Positions 1 through 12,010 of a stretch of 64,000 bases of DNA are shown here, in pieces (within the stretch, counting starts at the first letter, position 1; the number at the start of each line of letters is the position of its first letter). Location: NCBI RefSeq assembly GCF_009914755.1, contig NC_060931.1; one strand, written 5' to 3'. The stretch comes from the human T2T-CHM13v2.0 reference genome, Homo sapiens. Both the position numbers and the translations under genes were made by a program. The notes below the pieces were generated by a model. The model ran no database searches and was not told where the DNA came from. It was given only the letters and a program-made list of their open reading frames with translations.

Positions 1-699
1 AGAAAGGCTCGCAATATAAAGAGAAGACTTTGGGTGTGTTATTAAAAGGATTATATATCCCTTCATCCCCCCAAATCAGTCAAGATAATCATCCTCGTTC
101 CCTAAAGTAGTGGCAATGCTGTAGCATCCTTTAAGAATGTAGGTAAGCCTCCAAAAAAATTTGAGATGTAAATAAAAGAAACAAATATACTTCCCTGATG
201 TACCATTGCTGCAGAACACATGGGTGTGGAGTGCCAATTGTTTCTGTAATGATTTAATATAGTAGCTGGATAATGAGTTGTACCTTCTGCAACAACTGAA
301 TCACCATTTAATGCTATTATCAACAGTTCATGACCCACCAGCAAGAAATGTCAACCTGATTAATCTAAACACTGCTGACCTCAAAAAAAACCTTACTCCT
401 CACAGAATACTGTTATTAGCATCCATTGTTCATTAGAATGAACATATATAAATCAAATCATTAAATAGTTTAGAGAGTTCAGTATGCTAATTTTGCTAAG
501 TGAGAGTTAATAGGGTTCTGAAAATGTGGAGCTGAAGACATTACTTAAGCATGAATATTTGTTAAAACTAAGAGAATCTTTTTTTTGAAGATACATTATT
601 TTATAAGTTCAATATGTCAATGAAAATATTTGTTTTCTTAGTATTGTACATTAGGGTTACAGTAAGATTTCATTTTGGTTCTAAAGTTCAATGTTTAGA

Positions 700-994
700 T
701 TTTTTTTTTTTTTGAGACAGTTTCGCTTTGTTGCGCAAGCTGGAGTGCAGTGGCACGATCTCAGCTCACTGCAACCTCCGCCTCCCAGGTTCAAGCAATT
801 CTCATGCCTCAGACTCCTGATAGCTGAGATTACAGGCGCCCACCACCACACCTGGCTGATTTTTTTTGTATTTTAGTAGAGACAGGGTTTCACCATGTTG
901 CCTAGGCTAGTCTCAAACTCCGGAACTCAGGCAATCCGCCTGTCTCGGCCTCCTGAAGTGCCAGGATTACAGATGTGAGCCACCGCGCCCAGCC
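700..994 (-). mobile_element. Alu (AluS-like)
   Basis: poly-T followed by full reverse Alu dimer ending ...gcgcccagcc. Confidence 0.95.
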
Positions 995-1289
995 AAATTC
1001 TTACTTCTTAACATAAATTTCAAAAATAACCAGATTATATTTAGAGCGCATATTGGACACTGATTTTTACTAAAAATAAAACCACATTTTTTTTTGTTGT
1101 TACAATAAGCTAGGTCTTCAGTACCCACAAAAGTAGTCAAACTCTGCTTCCTTGCACCTGAGTTGAGAGGTTAGGACTCTAAGAAAAGCAGGTGCAAGCA
1201 GGCAGAACAAGTCAAGATTCTCTATAACTGAATACTACACTTCTTAAAAAATAATCAGACTCTATATGGTAACCAGAAAGATTTAACCT

Positions 1290-1660
1290 AAAATTAACAG
1301 TAAGAAAATAATCAGACAAATCAAGAATGAGGAACATTTCATAAAATAACTGGTCTAGACTCCAGAAATGTCAAGATAGATTATTTTTATTTTTAAAGGG
1401 AGGGCATGGGAACTGTTTTAGATTAAAGAAAGATGAAGAAACAAAACAACTAAATGTAACATATGAACTTTTATTAGATGCTGGATCAAAGAAAATTAGA
1501 AAATCCAGTTATTTGGGGGACAACTGAGAAAATTTGAATATGGGTTATATATTAGATGGCACTGAATCAAAGTCAAATTTCTTGGGTGTGATAGTAGTTT
1601 TGGAGTTATGTCCCTATTCTCAGACGATATATACTAAAAGTATTTAAGGCTGAATGGTTC
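1290..1660 (+). mobile_element. Old L1M (L1MC-like) 3' end fragment
   Basis: Resembles L1MC 3' UTR (cagacaaatcaagaatgaggaacatt...aaatttgaatatgg...aaatttcttgggtgtgat). Confidence 0.6.
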
Positions 1661-3004
1661 CACCAAAAACAAAAATTATGTGGCACGGGGCTGAAGGGGG
1701 CAAGAGAGAACACATAAATTGAAATTTAAAATATAACAAATAATTACATAGCAGAGCACTGATACCACACATAAAGAGAATCTCTATACACCCATTATTT
1801 AGAAATGTTTCATGAATTCTATTTTTACTGTGTCTTCCAAAAGGGCAGAAAGTGAAGGAGGAAAAACTTTGGTCCCAAATACCAATGAAGGTAGTTATCT
1901 TTTGATTTACAAAAACAGATATTTTATTGAAACATCTGAGTCAAATTTCTATAAACTGAATACTTAACCATTACTTCGTATTATTACATTGCTGAGTTAC
2001 TCTGTATCTCCACTTTAACAAGCAGGTTTACTTATGTGCTTTCTGTCTCTAGTGGCTCTGAGTTTGCCCTGGCAATAGCTTTCCAAGTAAATGACTAACC
2101 ACATTAATGGTGTTTGTTCTGGGGTATCCACCACAACATTACGTTTAGAAATGACCTAGCTGAGTTCTATTTTAGGGTTGTCCTACAAATAAAAACACAG
2201 CCACCAAAAAAGCAGCGAGGTATCTTTACCATAATACCATTTGACTCACATTAGTAAGAACTGCAGGATTCATGGACTGGTTCTATAACCTACTGCCATG
2301 CTACTAAGTTATAGCCCAAGAAAATCCATAGTACTTGCTCCCATACAAAAACCGCACTGCATGTATTTCAAAATACATGAGAGTCTGTTTGAACAGCCAC
2401 ACTTCTACAAATTAGGATTAAGGGAAAAGAGATATAGAACTAAATTAAAATACATGTGGCTGTTTTCTACGATTTTTCATGAAACACAGGTGTCAAGGAA
2501 ACAAACATGTTTCCCCTGATTTTAATGAAAGAAATGCAATCAATTATATTGAGACTATACTAGGCATTTCTCAATACAAGAATCATGCCCAGATTCACTT
2601 CAGTGAGAAAAAGTGATGGAGCAGGCAGTTGAACTCAGGTCTTCCAAGTAGCAGTAATGAGTAAAATGAACAGTTCTGGATTTGTACAGATCTATTCACT
2701 TGTGAAACTGCCACCAGAGAAATTCATTTGAAAAGCAAAGCTTAACCACTTAGAAATCAGAAAAATCTCAGTTCCCAATAACAACAACAACAACAAAAAT
2801 CCAGATAACTAGGACTGTGTGCATAAAAATGCTAGGAAAAGTTTTCAGGTGAGGATAGTTACAGTAAATCAGCAGAAAACTCTTTAAATGAACATTGTAA
2901 GATGAACAGTTTAGCTCCAATTTGATCATAAAACACAAGGAAAGATTATTTATTAAGCTCTTCAGAGCTTGTACTGCAATTTATATCTTTTTTACCAGAA
3001 AGAT

Positions 3005-3780
3005 TCATTTGTTCATTTATCCATTCACTCATCTATCCATTAAACACAAGACTGAGTGCCTACTATTGGATTATGTATTGTTACAGGCATTGAGAATACA
3101 GCAATGAGCAAGAGAACAAATCTTTGGTCTGTGGAGTTTACATTCTAGCAGAGTGGTTCTCAATCTCAACTACCTATTAAGGAACAACTCCTAGAAATTG
3201 ATTTAATGGGGAAGAAGGTAAGAGAGGTGGAGATCAAAGCAGAAGTAGAAAGGCTGACTTCAGAGACCACTGCTGCTTGGCCAATTCTAACAGGAGGATA
3301 GGCAGAGTACATGCATACAAATGCATGCAGGTTAAGGGGTAGGCGATCATGTGGAAGTTCTTTCACGACTGTGTCTATTCTCAGTGAAAGTAAAAAGGAA
3401 AGGTCATCAGCTGACACTGCGTGAGGATACCAGAGGCATAGAGACAAGAGAAGGTGTGAAATAATTGTTTAGGTGATGGAAAAGAATGAATGGACTAAGG
3501 AAATGAAGGGGAACTGTCAAGCAGCCCTAAGGGCCAACTTGGGATTAGTGATCATTAATTTAAAATTCAAGCCAGACCAACATGGTCATCCATTTACTCC
3601 AACCATGTTCAGCTACTCAAGGGCCAATGCAGAGCAAATGAACAGTTGGATTTGACCAGGGGTGGGGTCAAATTCAATAGAGGAAGGAAGAACGAGGAAG
3701 CTGAGGATGTGTAATCATGTACGGTGGAATATAAACCAGTAGGGAAGGAAGCTAGGACATGAAGAGGGTAGAGATAAAGA
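3005..3780 (-). mobile_element. L2 fragments
   Basis: cattcactcatc...ctgagtgcctacta...gagtttacattctag is the typical reverse L2 3' end; the degenerate purine-rich continuation is less certain. Confidence 0.5.
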
Positions 3781-3934
3781 AGCAGGTGTTTAATTATTCT
3801 GCTTCAGTTTTATCTACAACAGGTACTGCCATCAACTATAATTGCTTATCTTCCTAAAATTTGAAATTCCCTTCCTTTAGAATTATTCAATTCCTTTTAC
3901 GGAAGGATGGAAGGTAGATTTCCTTTTCTCCTCC

Positions 3935-4070
3935 AAATTTATTAAGGTTTAATTGATAAAAATTTTATAGATTTATGATATACAACATATTTCGATAAAT
4001 GTATACATTGTGCAATGATTAAATCAAGCTAATTAACATATCCATCACCTTATATACTTATCGCTTTTTC
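3935..4070 (-). mobile_element. L1MA 3' end fragment
   Basis: tgtatacattgtgcaatgattaaatcaagctaattaacatatccatcacct. Confidence 0.75.
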
Positions 4071-4549
4071 TAGATTACTTTTGCTCAGGAGTGGCCAAAC
4101 TTAGTTTCTTTCAAAGTTCAGAAGACTCTGTGGATCCTTCAGCACTTAAAGACCACCATACAGAATATCATTTTTCCATTCTCATTTTAAAAAAATGAGA
4201 TTCTATTACAAAAAGGAATCTACAAAAAAAAAACCCAATTCAAATGGATTTAGCTTCTTGTGTTTTCTTTGATAAACACAGATCCTCTAGAAAAAAAATA
4301 TAGTACTTGATTTTAGTCCCCAACTTCATTTAAAGTGACGCATACTTATTTGAAAGAAGATAAAATAAGAGATGCTTGTTTTCTCTCTTTGGATGTAATT
4401 ATTAGCATTTGAAATCAGAGGCCAAAAAGACTTCATGCTTTGACTTAGGATTAACAGTCTCTTTTGAACAGAACTATCACTTGTCTATTCAACTTAGTAA
4501 AGTAATTGCTTCTTTATTCTCCTTGAAATGTTGTTGTATGCTTTACAAG

Positions 4550-4852
4550 TACACAATCCCTTCCCTTCAACTCTTATACAATAAGCTCTGAAATGCAAAA
4601 GAGTTTTTCTTCACTCATTTGGCAGCAAAACTTTACCTGAACTGATTTAAGGCTATAGTCTTCATTTCTTCTGCTTAGTGTGAATATTCATATATTTCAT
4701 TGCAGAAATTGTTGGTGTTTTGATTACAGGGGGCTGCCCTGGTCTCTGCTGGGGATGTTACATAGCATATGGTAAATATACATATTACCTTGCTATAATT
4801 CTAAAACAAAACTCACATGACTCCAAGAGTTTCAAGTAAGGGATTGTGGGAC
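4550..4852. mobile_element. MER46C-like (TcMar-Tigger) DNA transposon relic
   Basis: actcatttggcagcaaaac...gtgtgaatattcata...gtttgattacaggg...aagggattgtgg matches the remembered consensus. Confidence 0.7.
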
Positions 4853-5194
4853 TATGGGAATTTTTTTCTTTTCCTATTTTATGAACAGGAACCTAATTTC
4901 TGGCTTAGTCGTAGAATTATTGTAATAGTTCACTCCCACTTACTAAATAATTATGATATACCAGGCACTGGGTTTTACATATTTACATTATTCTAATTGA
5001 ATGCTGTGGAATGAATCTTTATGGCCTAGAGATCTAAGTGTATGGGACTTTATCCAGGCTTCTCCCCACCTCAAAATCAATCTGGTTTCCCAGAGTAAGA
5101 AGCTGGGCGAGCTGCTCTTTGTGTCCGTATGGTGGTTTTTCATTTCTCTTTGGTTGGAGATTATTATATGGATAAAAAGCACAAACCTTACAGT

Positions 5195-5400
5195 CAGCCA
5201 GGCTCATGTCTGAATTAGCTCTACCTCTACAAATGAGTAGGACAAATTCTTTAACCTCTTTATGAGACCATTTCCACATCAGTAAAATGGGGATAACAAC
5301 AGTACTGACCTCACAGGGCTTTTGTGAGGATTAAATGAGATGATGTCTGTAAAGTACTCAGCAATTTTACAAAATACCTGGCCTAGTACTTAGTGTATAA
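5195..5400 (+). mobile_element. MIR SINE
   Basis: MIR core: cacatcagtaaaatggggataac...acctcacaggg...gtgaggattaaatgagatgat. Confidence 0.8.
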
Positions 5401-6084
5401 TCATAAGCTACCTTACCTATCTTTACCAATAAGCATCTGCATGATGATAATTTACTTTCTGTATTACAGCTATTATTCCACAAAACTTTTTTTTCACAGA
5501 AATAAGATGATATTTACAAGATGTGTTCTTGTTTTCAAAAGACCCTTATTTTGACTTCAAGGGAAGCTTTATTAAGCATTAATTGTCACAGATACACCGC
5601 TATTATACAGAATTTTAAAAGCTAAGGAGATGTTAGAGGGAAGTAAAATACATTGAACAGCTTACTCTGTTAACAACCTTGATCTGATTTTTAAAGTAAG
5701 GAGAACAAAATTCAGACTTGGCCAATGTTACAAAACTAGTAAAAAGCAAATACCTTCACCAAAAGCCAGAAGGAAACAGTATCTCATGATGCAGTCTAAT
5801 ACTGTTATGACAACTTCAAAAAAACTTTTTCTACCTTCCTTTTCAAGAAAAAGCTACCTAATACCTAGGTATTATAGAATACAATATTAAGCATATTATA
5901 TATTAATAACTTTTTGTGACATTAATTCATGTATTGTTTCAAAACCTGCTTTTACTACTAACACAACACTGTAAAATATTTTCATGTCAGATATTTATCT
6001 ACATCACTGATTCATAATATGTAATTTAATCAATTCTCCCTTATTGGACATTTGGGTTATTTCCAAGGCCTCATCATTTTAAAC

Positions 6085-7340
6085 CAGTGGTTCTTAAACT
6101 TTTTGGTCTTAGGATTTCTTTATACTCTTTAAATATTTTTGAGGACACAAAAGCTTTTGTTTATGTGGATTATATCTATTGGTATTTACTGTATTAGAAA
6201 TCAAAACAAATTTTAAAAACATTTCTCAATTGACTTAAAAACATCAATCATAAACCTAATACATATTAACATATTTTGGGAAAAATAACAAGCAACAAAA
6301 TTTAGTGAGAAGAGTAGCACTGCTTGACAATTTTTCAAATCTCTTTAGTTCTGGCTTAATAGAAGACAGCTGGATTTTCATAGTAGATTAAATGCAGAAG
6401 CAGATATATGTTGTTTTGGTTGAAATTAAGAAAAGCTGACCTCATATAGATAATGCAGTTTAAAAAAGTAAGAGAGAATTTTAATAACTTTTTCAGATAA
6501 TTGTGGATATCCTTCTTTTATATTAAACCCAAACCTGACAAATGGTGGTTTCTTAAAGGCTTGTTGCAATGTGGAAAGAACTTTTTATACTATGTTACAT
6601 TAAAATCTATCCCTCTATTTTGTACTTTGCATCTTTTATCTAGGCATAATTTGGTAACATCATACAACGGTCAATTGGAAAATACTCGTTCAGTTAGTTA
6701 TGCAGATATTCTAAATTCCCAGTATACAGTAACAGAAACTCACATTCTTTAACTGCACCAACAATCTTTTCACAAAAGTCTTTAAGGATTAGAAAGTTGT
6801 TAAGTTCATATGGTCAGATACAAGTTTTCCAAAATTCTAATTTTTACTTGAAAGATCCAGTTTTATCATTGGTTACAAATACCCTCAGTTGCTTTCCTTG
6901 AAGTAAGACTCACTTTTTTCTTTCTATAAGATGTCTTGTTATTCTTTGAAATAAAAATGGTGTTCCACAAAAATGCAGATAGTATAGCTGGCAACTCAAA
7001 CAATCACCTAAATACTTCTCAAGACAACCCCAATACCAACTGTAGCAGGATCGTTTGGGGCATATTTTCCATTACATCAAATAAAATATACAAAAGACAT
7101 GTACTCAACATTAAGATTTAATAAAATTAATAATTTTTAATGCTTCATCAAGGAACATTAAGTGGAATGCTTTATGTGTAGCTGTTAAGAATACGATACC
7201 ACTGTCTTGACTCTTGCTAAGGGCAGCAGTTTTACTCACCATTCCTTTTGCACCATGAGTATTATTACTCTATTATTAGAAAAATAATTTTCACTTTATG
7301 GCCTCCTAGGGATCCATGGAGGGTACACTGAGAACCAATG
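6085..7340. mobile_element. Charlie1a-like hAT DNA transposon, inserted in an old L1ME fragment
   Basis: Ends cagtggttctt... and ...gagaaccaatg (degenerate TIRs). Internal gcttttgtttatgtggattatatctat is typical of Charlie1. Confidence 0.75.
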
Positions 7341-7504
7341 TTCTTAACAATGCTAAAAGTACATTCTTATAGTTAAATCTTTACACATATTCTTACTCTG
7401 GGGGGATAAATTCTTAAAGTGGAATTACTTGGTAAATTATATATATTTGTAAAAATATACATACATAAATTACTAGGTAAATTTATAGACCTATAAATAT
7501 AGAG

Positions 7505-7686
7505 CTTTTATACATACATACAGGTGTGCATGTTTTTTATATATGTATATATGTGTGTATATATGCACACACATGTATGTATAAAAGTACGTGTGTATAT
7601 TTGCATGTGCACACACGTGTGCATATATACACACGTGTGTATGTATGTGTATGTATATGCACACACGTGTGTGTATGTATAAAAGT
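7505..7686. repeat. Degenerate (TA/TG/CA)n alternating purine-pyrimidine tract
   Basis: Direct reading; contains three acacacgtgtg palindromes. Confidence 0.9.
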
Positions 7687-8707
7687 TTTTGATGCATACT
7701 ACCAAACTGTTCTCTGAGTTGGTTCAAATAACTTACATCACCAAAGCAGTCTATGAGGCTACACATCTTCCCTATCTATGCTAGGACTAGACTTTTGTAT
7801 CTTTGCCAATCTGAGGGTTAAACATAATAACTTTTCAGAACCATCCTGACTGCCACAAAGACTGGGTGGCCCCAGATTAGCCAGGAGACACTACATATAT
7901 TTGCCTTCATTGTGGCTCACATTTCATCTCATCAAAATGAAGATATTATTTACCCTGTCTAATTCACTGGGATGATATGAGAAATAATTAGGAAAAGAAT
8001 GAAAAAGTAAAAAGCATTTGTAAGACGATTCAAAGAGAAACAGATCAAATGTCAATGACACACACTCAAAGGAAGTGTATAAATTGGTTTCACCAGATTT
8101 TGGTTGTCCTAAAAGTGAGTGAGTTTGGGGCTTGTAACATTTAAGTTTTCTGTTTACTGAAAAATGAATCTAGAGTTTTCCTGCCCTTAAAAATGGTTGT
8201 ATTTTCTAGGTACATGATTTTTTTTTAAATTTTTTTGGAGAAAATGTTATAAGATGGCAAAATTCTCAATTTAAGAACACAGATGTAAACTTTATTAACA
8301 GCAGGCAGAAAGCTGGCCTTCTTCCATGCTATTCTATTCTAATCTAAGAAGATAGGTGGTTATGTAATTCCTCCACATAAATTCAGTCCACCTGGACGTG
8401 AAGGGGGAGGTGACTTAACAAACTGACTTCACATCAGTTCACGCATTTTCTCTGCAATTTATTCTTTAAAAATGTTTTTTCCCTATGAACAATACATTCA
8501 ATATAAATTATTAGATTATCACCAATTTCTACAAAAGCAAATATGCCCTTGTTGCAAATATGCAAAAACAGAAGGAAAACACAAAAAGGAACATTCTTTC
8601 CATTCCAACTGATAGTCTACATGAGCTCTCAGGAAGTTTGGCAACTGGGTTTCAAGGTTTTAAGAATATTACAATAATCCAGAGCAACTGCAGTGTAGAG
8701 CAATGTG

Positions 8708-8794
8708 GAAAAAAAGAAAGAGAGAAAGAGAGACAGGGAGAGAGAGAAGGAAGGAAGGAAAGAAGGAAGGAAGGGAGGGAGGGAGGGGAAGGGG
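8708..8794 (+). repeat. Purine-rich (GA/GGAA/GGGA) microsatellite, left part
   Basis: Nearly pure A/G tract. Confidence 0.9.
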
Positions 8795-8817
8795 TTGATT
8801 AAAGATGGTTTCATGAA

Positions 8818-8994
8818 TAAAATATATCATGAAACCATCTTATTCTCTGCTAAGACGATTTTACTAACTATAATTTTGCTTCTAGAAATTAAAATTTCCT
8901 CAATTCCATCTGAGCAATCAATACTCTAAAAGCATAAAGTGTTATATTCTCTAATTATTTTTACTTTTTAACTCTGTTCTTGACCAGAAATGAA
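8818..8994 (+). repeat. Local direct duplication, copy 1 (177 bp; paralog 11022-11203)
   Basis: Manual alignment: 3 substitutions, one 2-bp and one 3-bp indel. Confidence 0.95.
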
Positions 8995-9090
8995 GGGGAA
9001 GGGGAAGGGGAGAGACAGAGAAGAAGAAAAAGGAGGAGGAGGAGGAGGAGACAAAAAGAAAAGAGGACAGCACTCTTAGAAAAGGAGGGA
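8995..9090 (+). repeat. Purine-rich microsatellite, right part
   Basis: ggggaaggggaagggg...(gga)n. Confidence 0.85.
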
Positions 9091-9099
9091 AATCACTCT

Positions 9100-9550
9100 T
9101 GTGAGGCGTTAGCTTTGTGGTTCCAACAGTGACCACCTCGACTTTCCTGGGACAGATTTATTCAGCTTAACAACCCTCACTGGTGACTTGTGACATTCTC
9201 CTGCCAGTCCCTGCAGGTACAGTACCCTGACAGGCCATTATAAAAAGGCTCTCTAACAGGGCCACTGGCTGTCAGAAGCCACCAGCTGGCGTGCCACAGC
9301 CCTGCAGTCGCCAGGGTCCAGCTGCCAGTCTGGGCGGTGCCGTCCATGCTGCGCAACGTGCCACCCAGCTGCTGCATGGTCACGTCCATCTGGAGCTCTC
9401 TAGCTAGACAAATCTCTATGCCTGTCAGATCTCTTCAGCAAGCCTTGTTATGCAAATTCAATTACTCAAGTGTGCCCTATTACTGCTGGCTAACTGCTCC
9501 TAGAACCGATCTCACACTGACAGTTCACATTTTTTGCTCACCAAAAAGTA
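9100..9550. promoter_or_regulatory. Candidate enhancer / conserved non-coding element
   Basis: GC- and CpG-rich patch in an AT-rich intron. CAGCTG x3, TGACAG/CTGTCA x4, ATGCAAAT. No recognisable repeat. Confidence 0.45.
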
Positions 9551-10694
9551 CCTCATTTATTCTTGCTTTGCTACCTCCTTGTATCATTAAAGATGAACAG
9601 CCAAAGTCCACAGTATTCTAACCTCTCTGCAGTGGGCTACTGTTCTCCACAAAGAGCTGAGAGGAAAATTAATTGCAAAAGAAAACCTTCTAATCAGACA
9701 TGAAGTGGTGTTAAAGCTGCAGATTCCCCACACTTGACAGATGATTTTACTACCAGAAATATGAAATTTAAATCTTAATGACCGAAAGGAAAATCTGGTA
9801 TAACAAGTTATATTGGACAAAAAAAAATGAATTATTAGGAGAAAATGCTGTAGTAGCTTTTACTAATACCTACTTTTAAATAAAAAGAAAAGAAGTGACA
9901 AGAAATTTCATTAGGTAAAGTTCATGTGAGATAGCTCACTGCCTTGTCTACATTCTCCCCTCCCCTGCACCCTCTAGCCCTAGTCATGCCACTCCCAAAC
10001 ACATGCACTTCCTCTCCCCACTGCCTATACCCTCTCGCCTTACCGCTACAATTAGGAGGTTTCGTTCTTTTTCAATAACTCATTTTAACCCATCAGTGAT
10101 TTGAAGGTTGAGATGAGTATTTGAAGCCATTTAACCATTTCTAATCCATTCAAGACAACTGAGAAAAAATTCCAAGGTACAGCTGTAATTCCAAGATTCT
10201 CACCCAAGCAACCTCATCATAAAATGAGACATTTTAATCAACTGAGGAGGTAAGAGAAAAAGAGTCCATCAGTAGTTACACTTTCAAAATAGCAGTTTCC
10301 ACAACATGAGTAGAGTATAGCAGTTTAGAAGAGAAAGGGAATAAGTAATGTCTGTTTATGAATCATGCAATGATACAAATACCAACAGAAATTTAGCTAA
10401 AATAGGGATTACACAGTGATATCTGGACATCAGTCCCCAAGAAATGTTTCTAATGCACAAATCTTTAGGATCTTTACTCTGAAAATAACAGTTAACTGTT
10501 GATTACAAAACTAAAAAAATGAAAAGGCTGCTGGCCAGGCACAAGTCAAATGTAACCATGTTTCAGGTTTAAAGCTTATGGACAATGGAGGGTTGTTGGT
10601 TTTTTTGGTTTGCTTCATTTGCTAAGTGAACTTGGAAAATGTGTAAGGAAAGGAGGTCCAGGATAAATACAAGGCAAGAAGTTTTGGTAAACAG

Positions 10695-11006
10695 TTTTTA
10701 TTTTTTATTTTCTTTTGTTTAAGAGATACGGTCTCACTCTGTCACCCAGGATGGAATGCAGTGGCATGATCATAGCTCACTGTAGCCTCTAACTCCTGGG
10801 CTCAAGTGATCCTCCTGCCTCAGCCTCCCGAGTAGCTGGACTACAGGTGTATGCCACCACACCCAGCTAAGATTTTAAAAATTGCTTGTAGAGGCAAGGT
10901 CTTGCTGTGTTGCCCATGCTGTTCTCTAACTCCTGGCCTCAAGTGATCCTCCTGCCTCAGCCTCCCAAAGTGCTAGGATTACAGGGATGAGCCACCACAC
11001 CTGGCC
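10695..11006 (-). mobile_element. Alu (AluJ-like)
   Basis: Reverse Alu with J-type ctcctgggctcaagtgatcctcc. Confidence 0.93.
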
Positions 11007-11021
11007 CAGTATAGAGTATTT

Positions 11022-11203
11022 TAAAATATATCATGAAACCATCTTATTCTCTGCTAAGATGATTTTACTAACTCTATAATTTTGCTTCTAGAAATTACTA
11101 AAATTTCCTCAATTCCATCTGAGCAATCAATACTCTAAAAGCACAAAGTGTTATATTCTCTAATTATTTTTACTTTTTAACTCTGTTCTTGATCAGAAAT
11201 GAA
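11022..11203 (+). repeat. Local direct duplication, copy 2 (182 bp; likely donor)
   Basis: Aligns to 8818-8994. Confidence 0.95.
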
Positions 11204-11829
11204 AAAGTAGAGTGCCTATATGCTTGGCCTTAAACCCCTAAAATCCAATTGTTTAGGAATTGCTTTTCAAATGCCTCATTTGTAACCACTTTTTAAAATC
11301 AGTATCTCTTATGTTTTGAGAGACCCGACCACAGTTTTTTTAAATTATACTAGTTAAAACTGAAAGCAAACTATTTCACTCAAGTATGTGAATAATATGT
11401 ATGAAAATTAGGAACTATCTGCATTTGCAGGGACAAATAGCTATCCCACAGGAATGAATTTTAAAATGTGGGAATGGCATTATTAGGTAATATAGGTATA
11501 TTGAAAATGTGTATTTTTATGTTATAAAATGGTTTTATCAGCATGTTATATTTCCACTTAAAAATTCAGATTAACAAAAAAGGGTAAGTATGCTTCTATT
11601 ACATTTTTAAAAATCACTAAAATGCTTATATTTGAATTAGGAAAACCTTAATTTTTTTGTTTTAATTTTTATAGTGAATAAAACCTTTTCCTTCAAATCT
11701 TTATACATAAGTAGAAAACGAGTAACTAGAATTTATCCTTAAACTATGCTGCTAGCTCTCAAATTCTTATTGACTAAATGAGAAATTCACATTTTCCCCT
11801 TAATAATTCCAATAGTGATTTTAATAACA

Positions 11830-12010
11830 ATAGGAGTAATTAACACTATTCAGTACATACTGTGGATCAGACACTTTTCTAGACCCTTAAGAAATCAACC
11901 CTTGAGGTATGTGTTACATAATAATGCCTATTTTACAGATGTAGAAAGGCACAGAGATATTAAATAACTAGGATATATGCCCACTATGCATCAGAGAAAG
12001 TGATTCTAAC
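11830..12010 (-). mobile_element. MIR fragment
   Basis: cctattttacagatgtagaaaggcacagaga...taaataact. Confidence 0.6.

Noticed and set aside
200-400. Possible PBX-HOX motif element (tgattaat, tgatttaat)
   Set aside because: Short AT-rich motifs are expected by chance; unsupported without conservation data
7491-7766. His/Tyr/Cys-rich ORFs
   Set aside because: Artefact of the dinucleotide repeat
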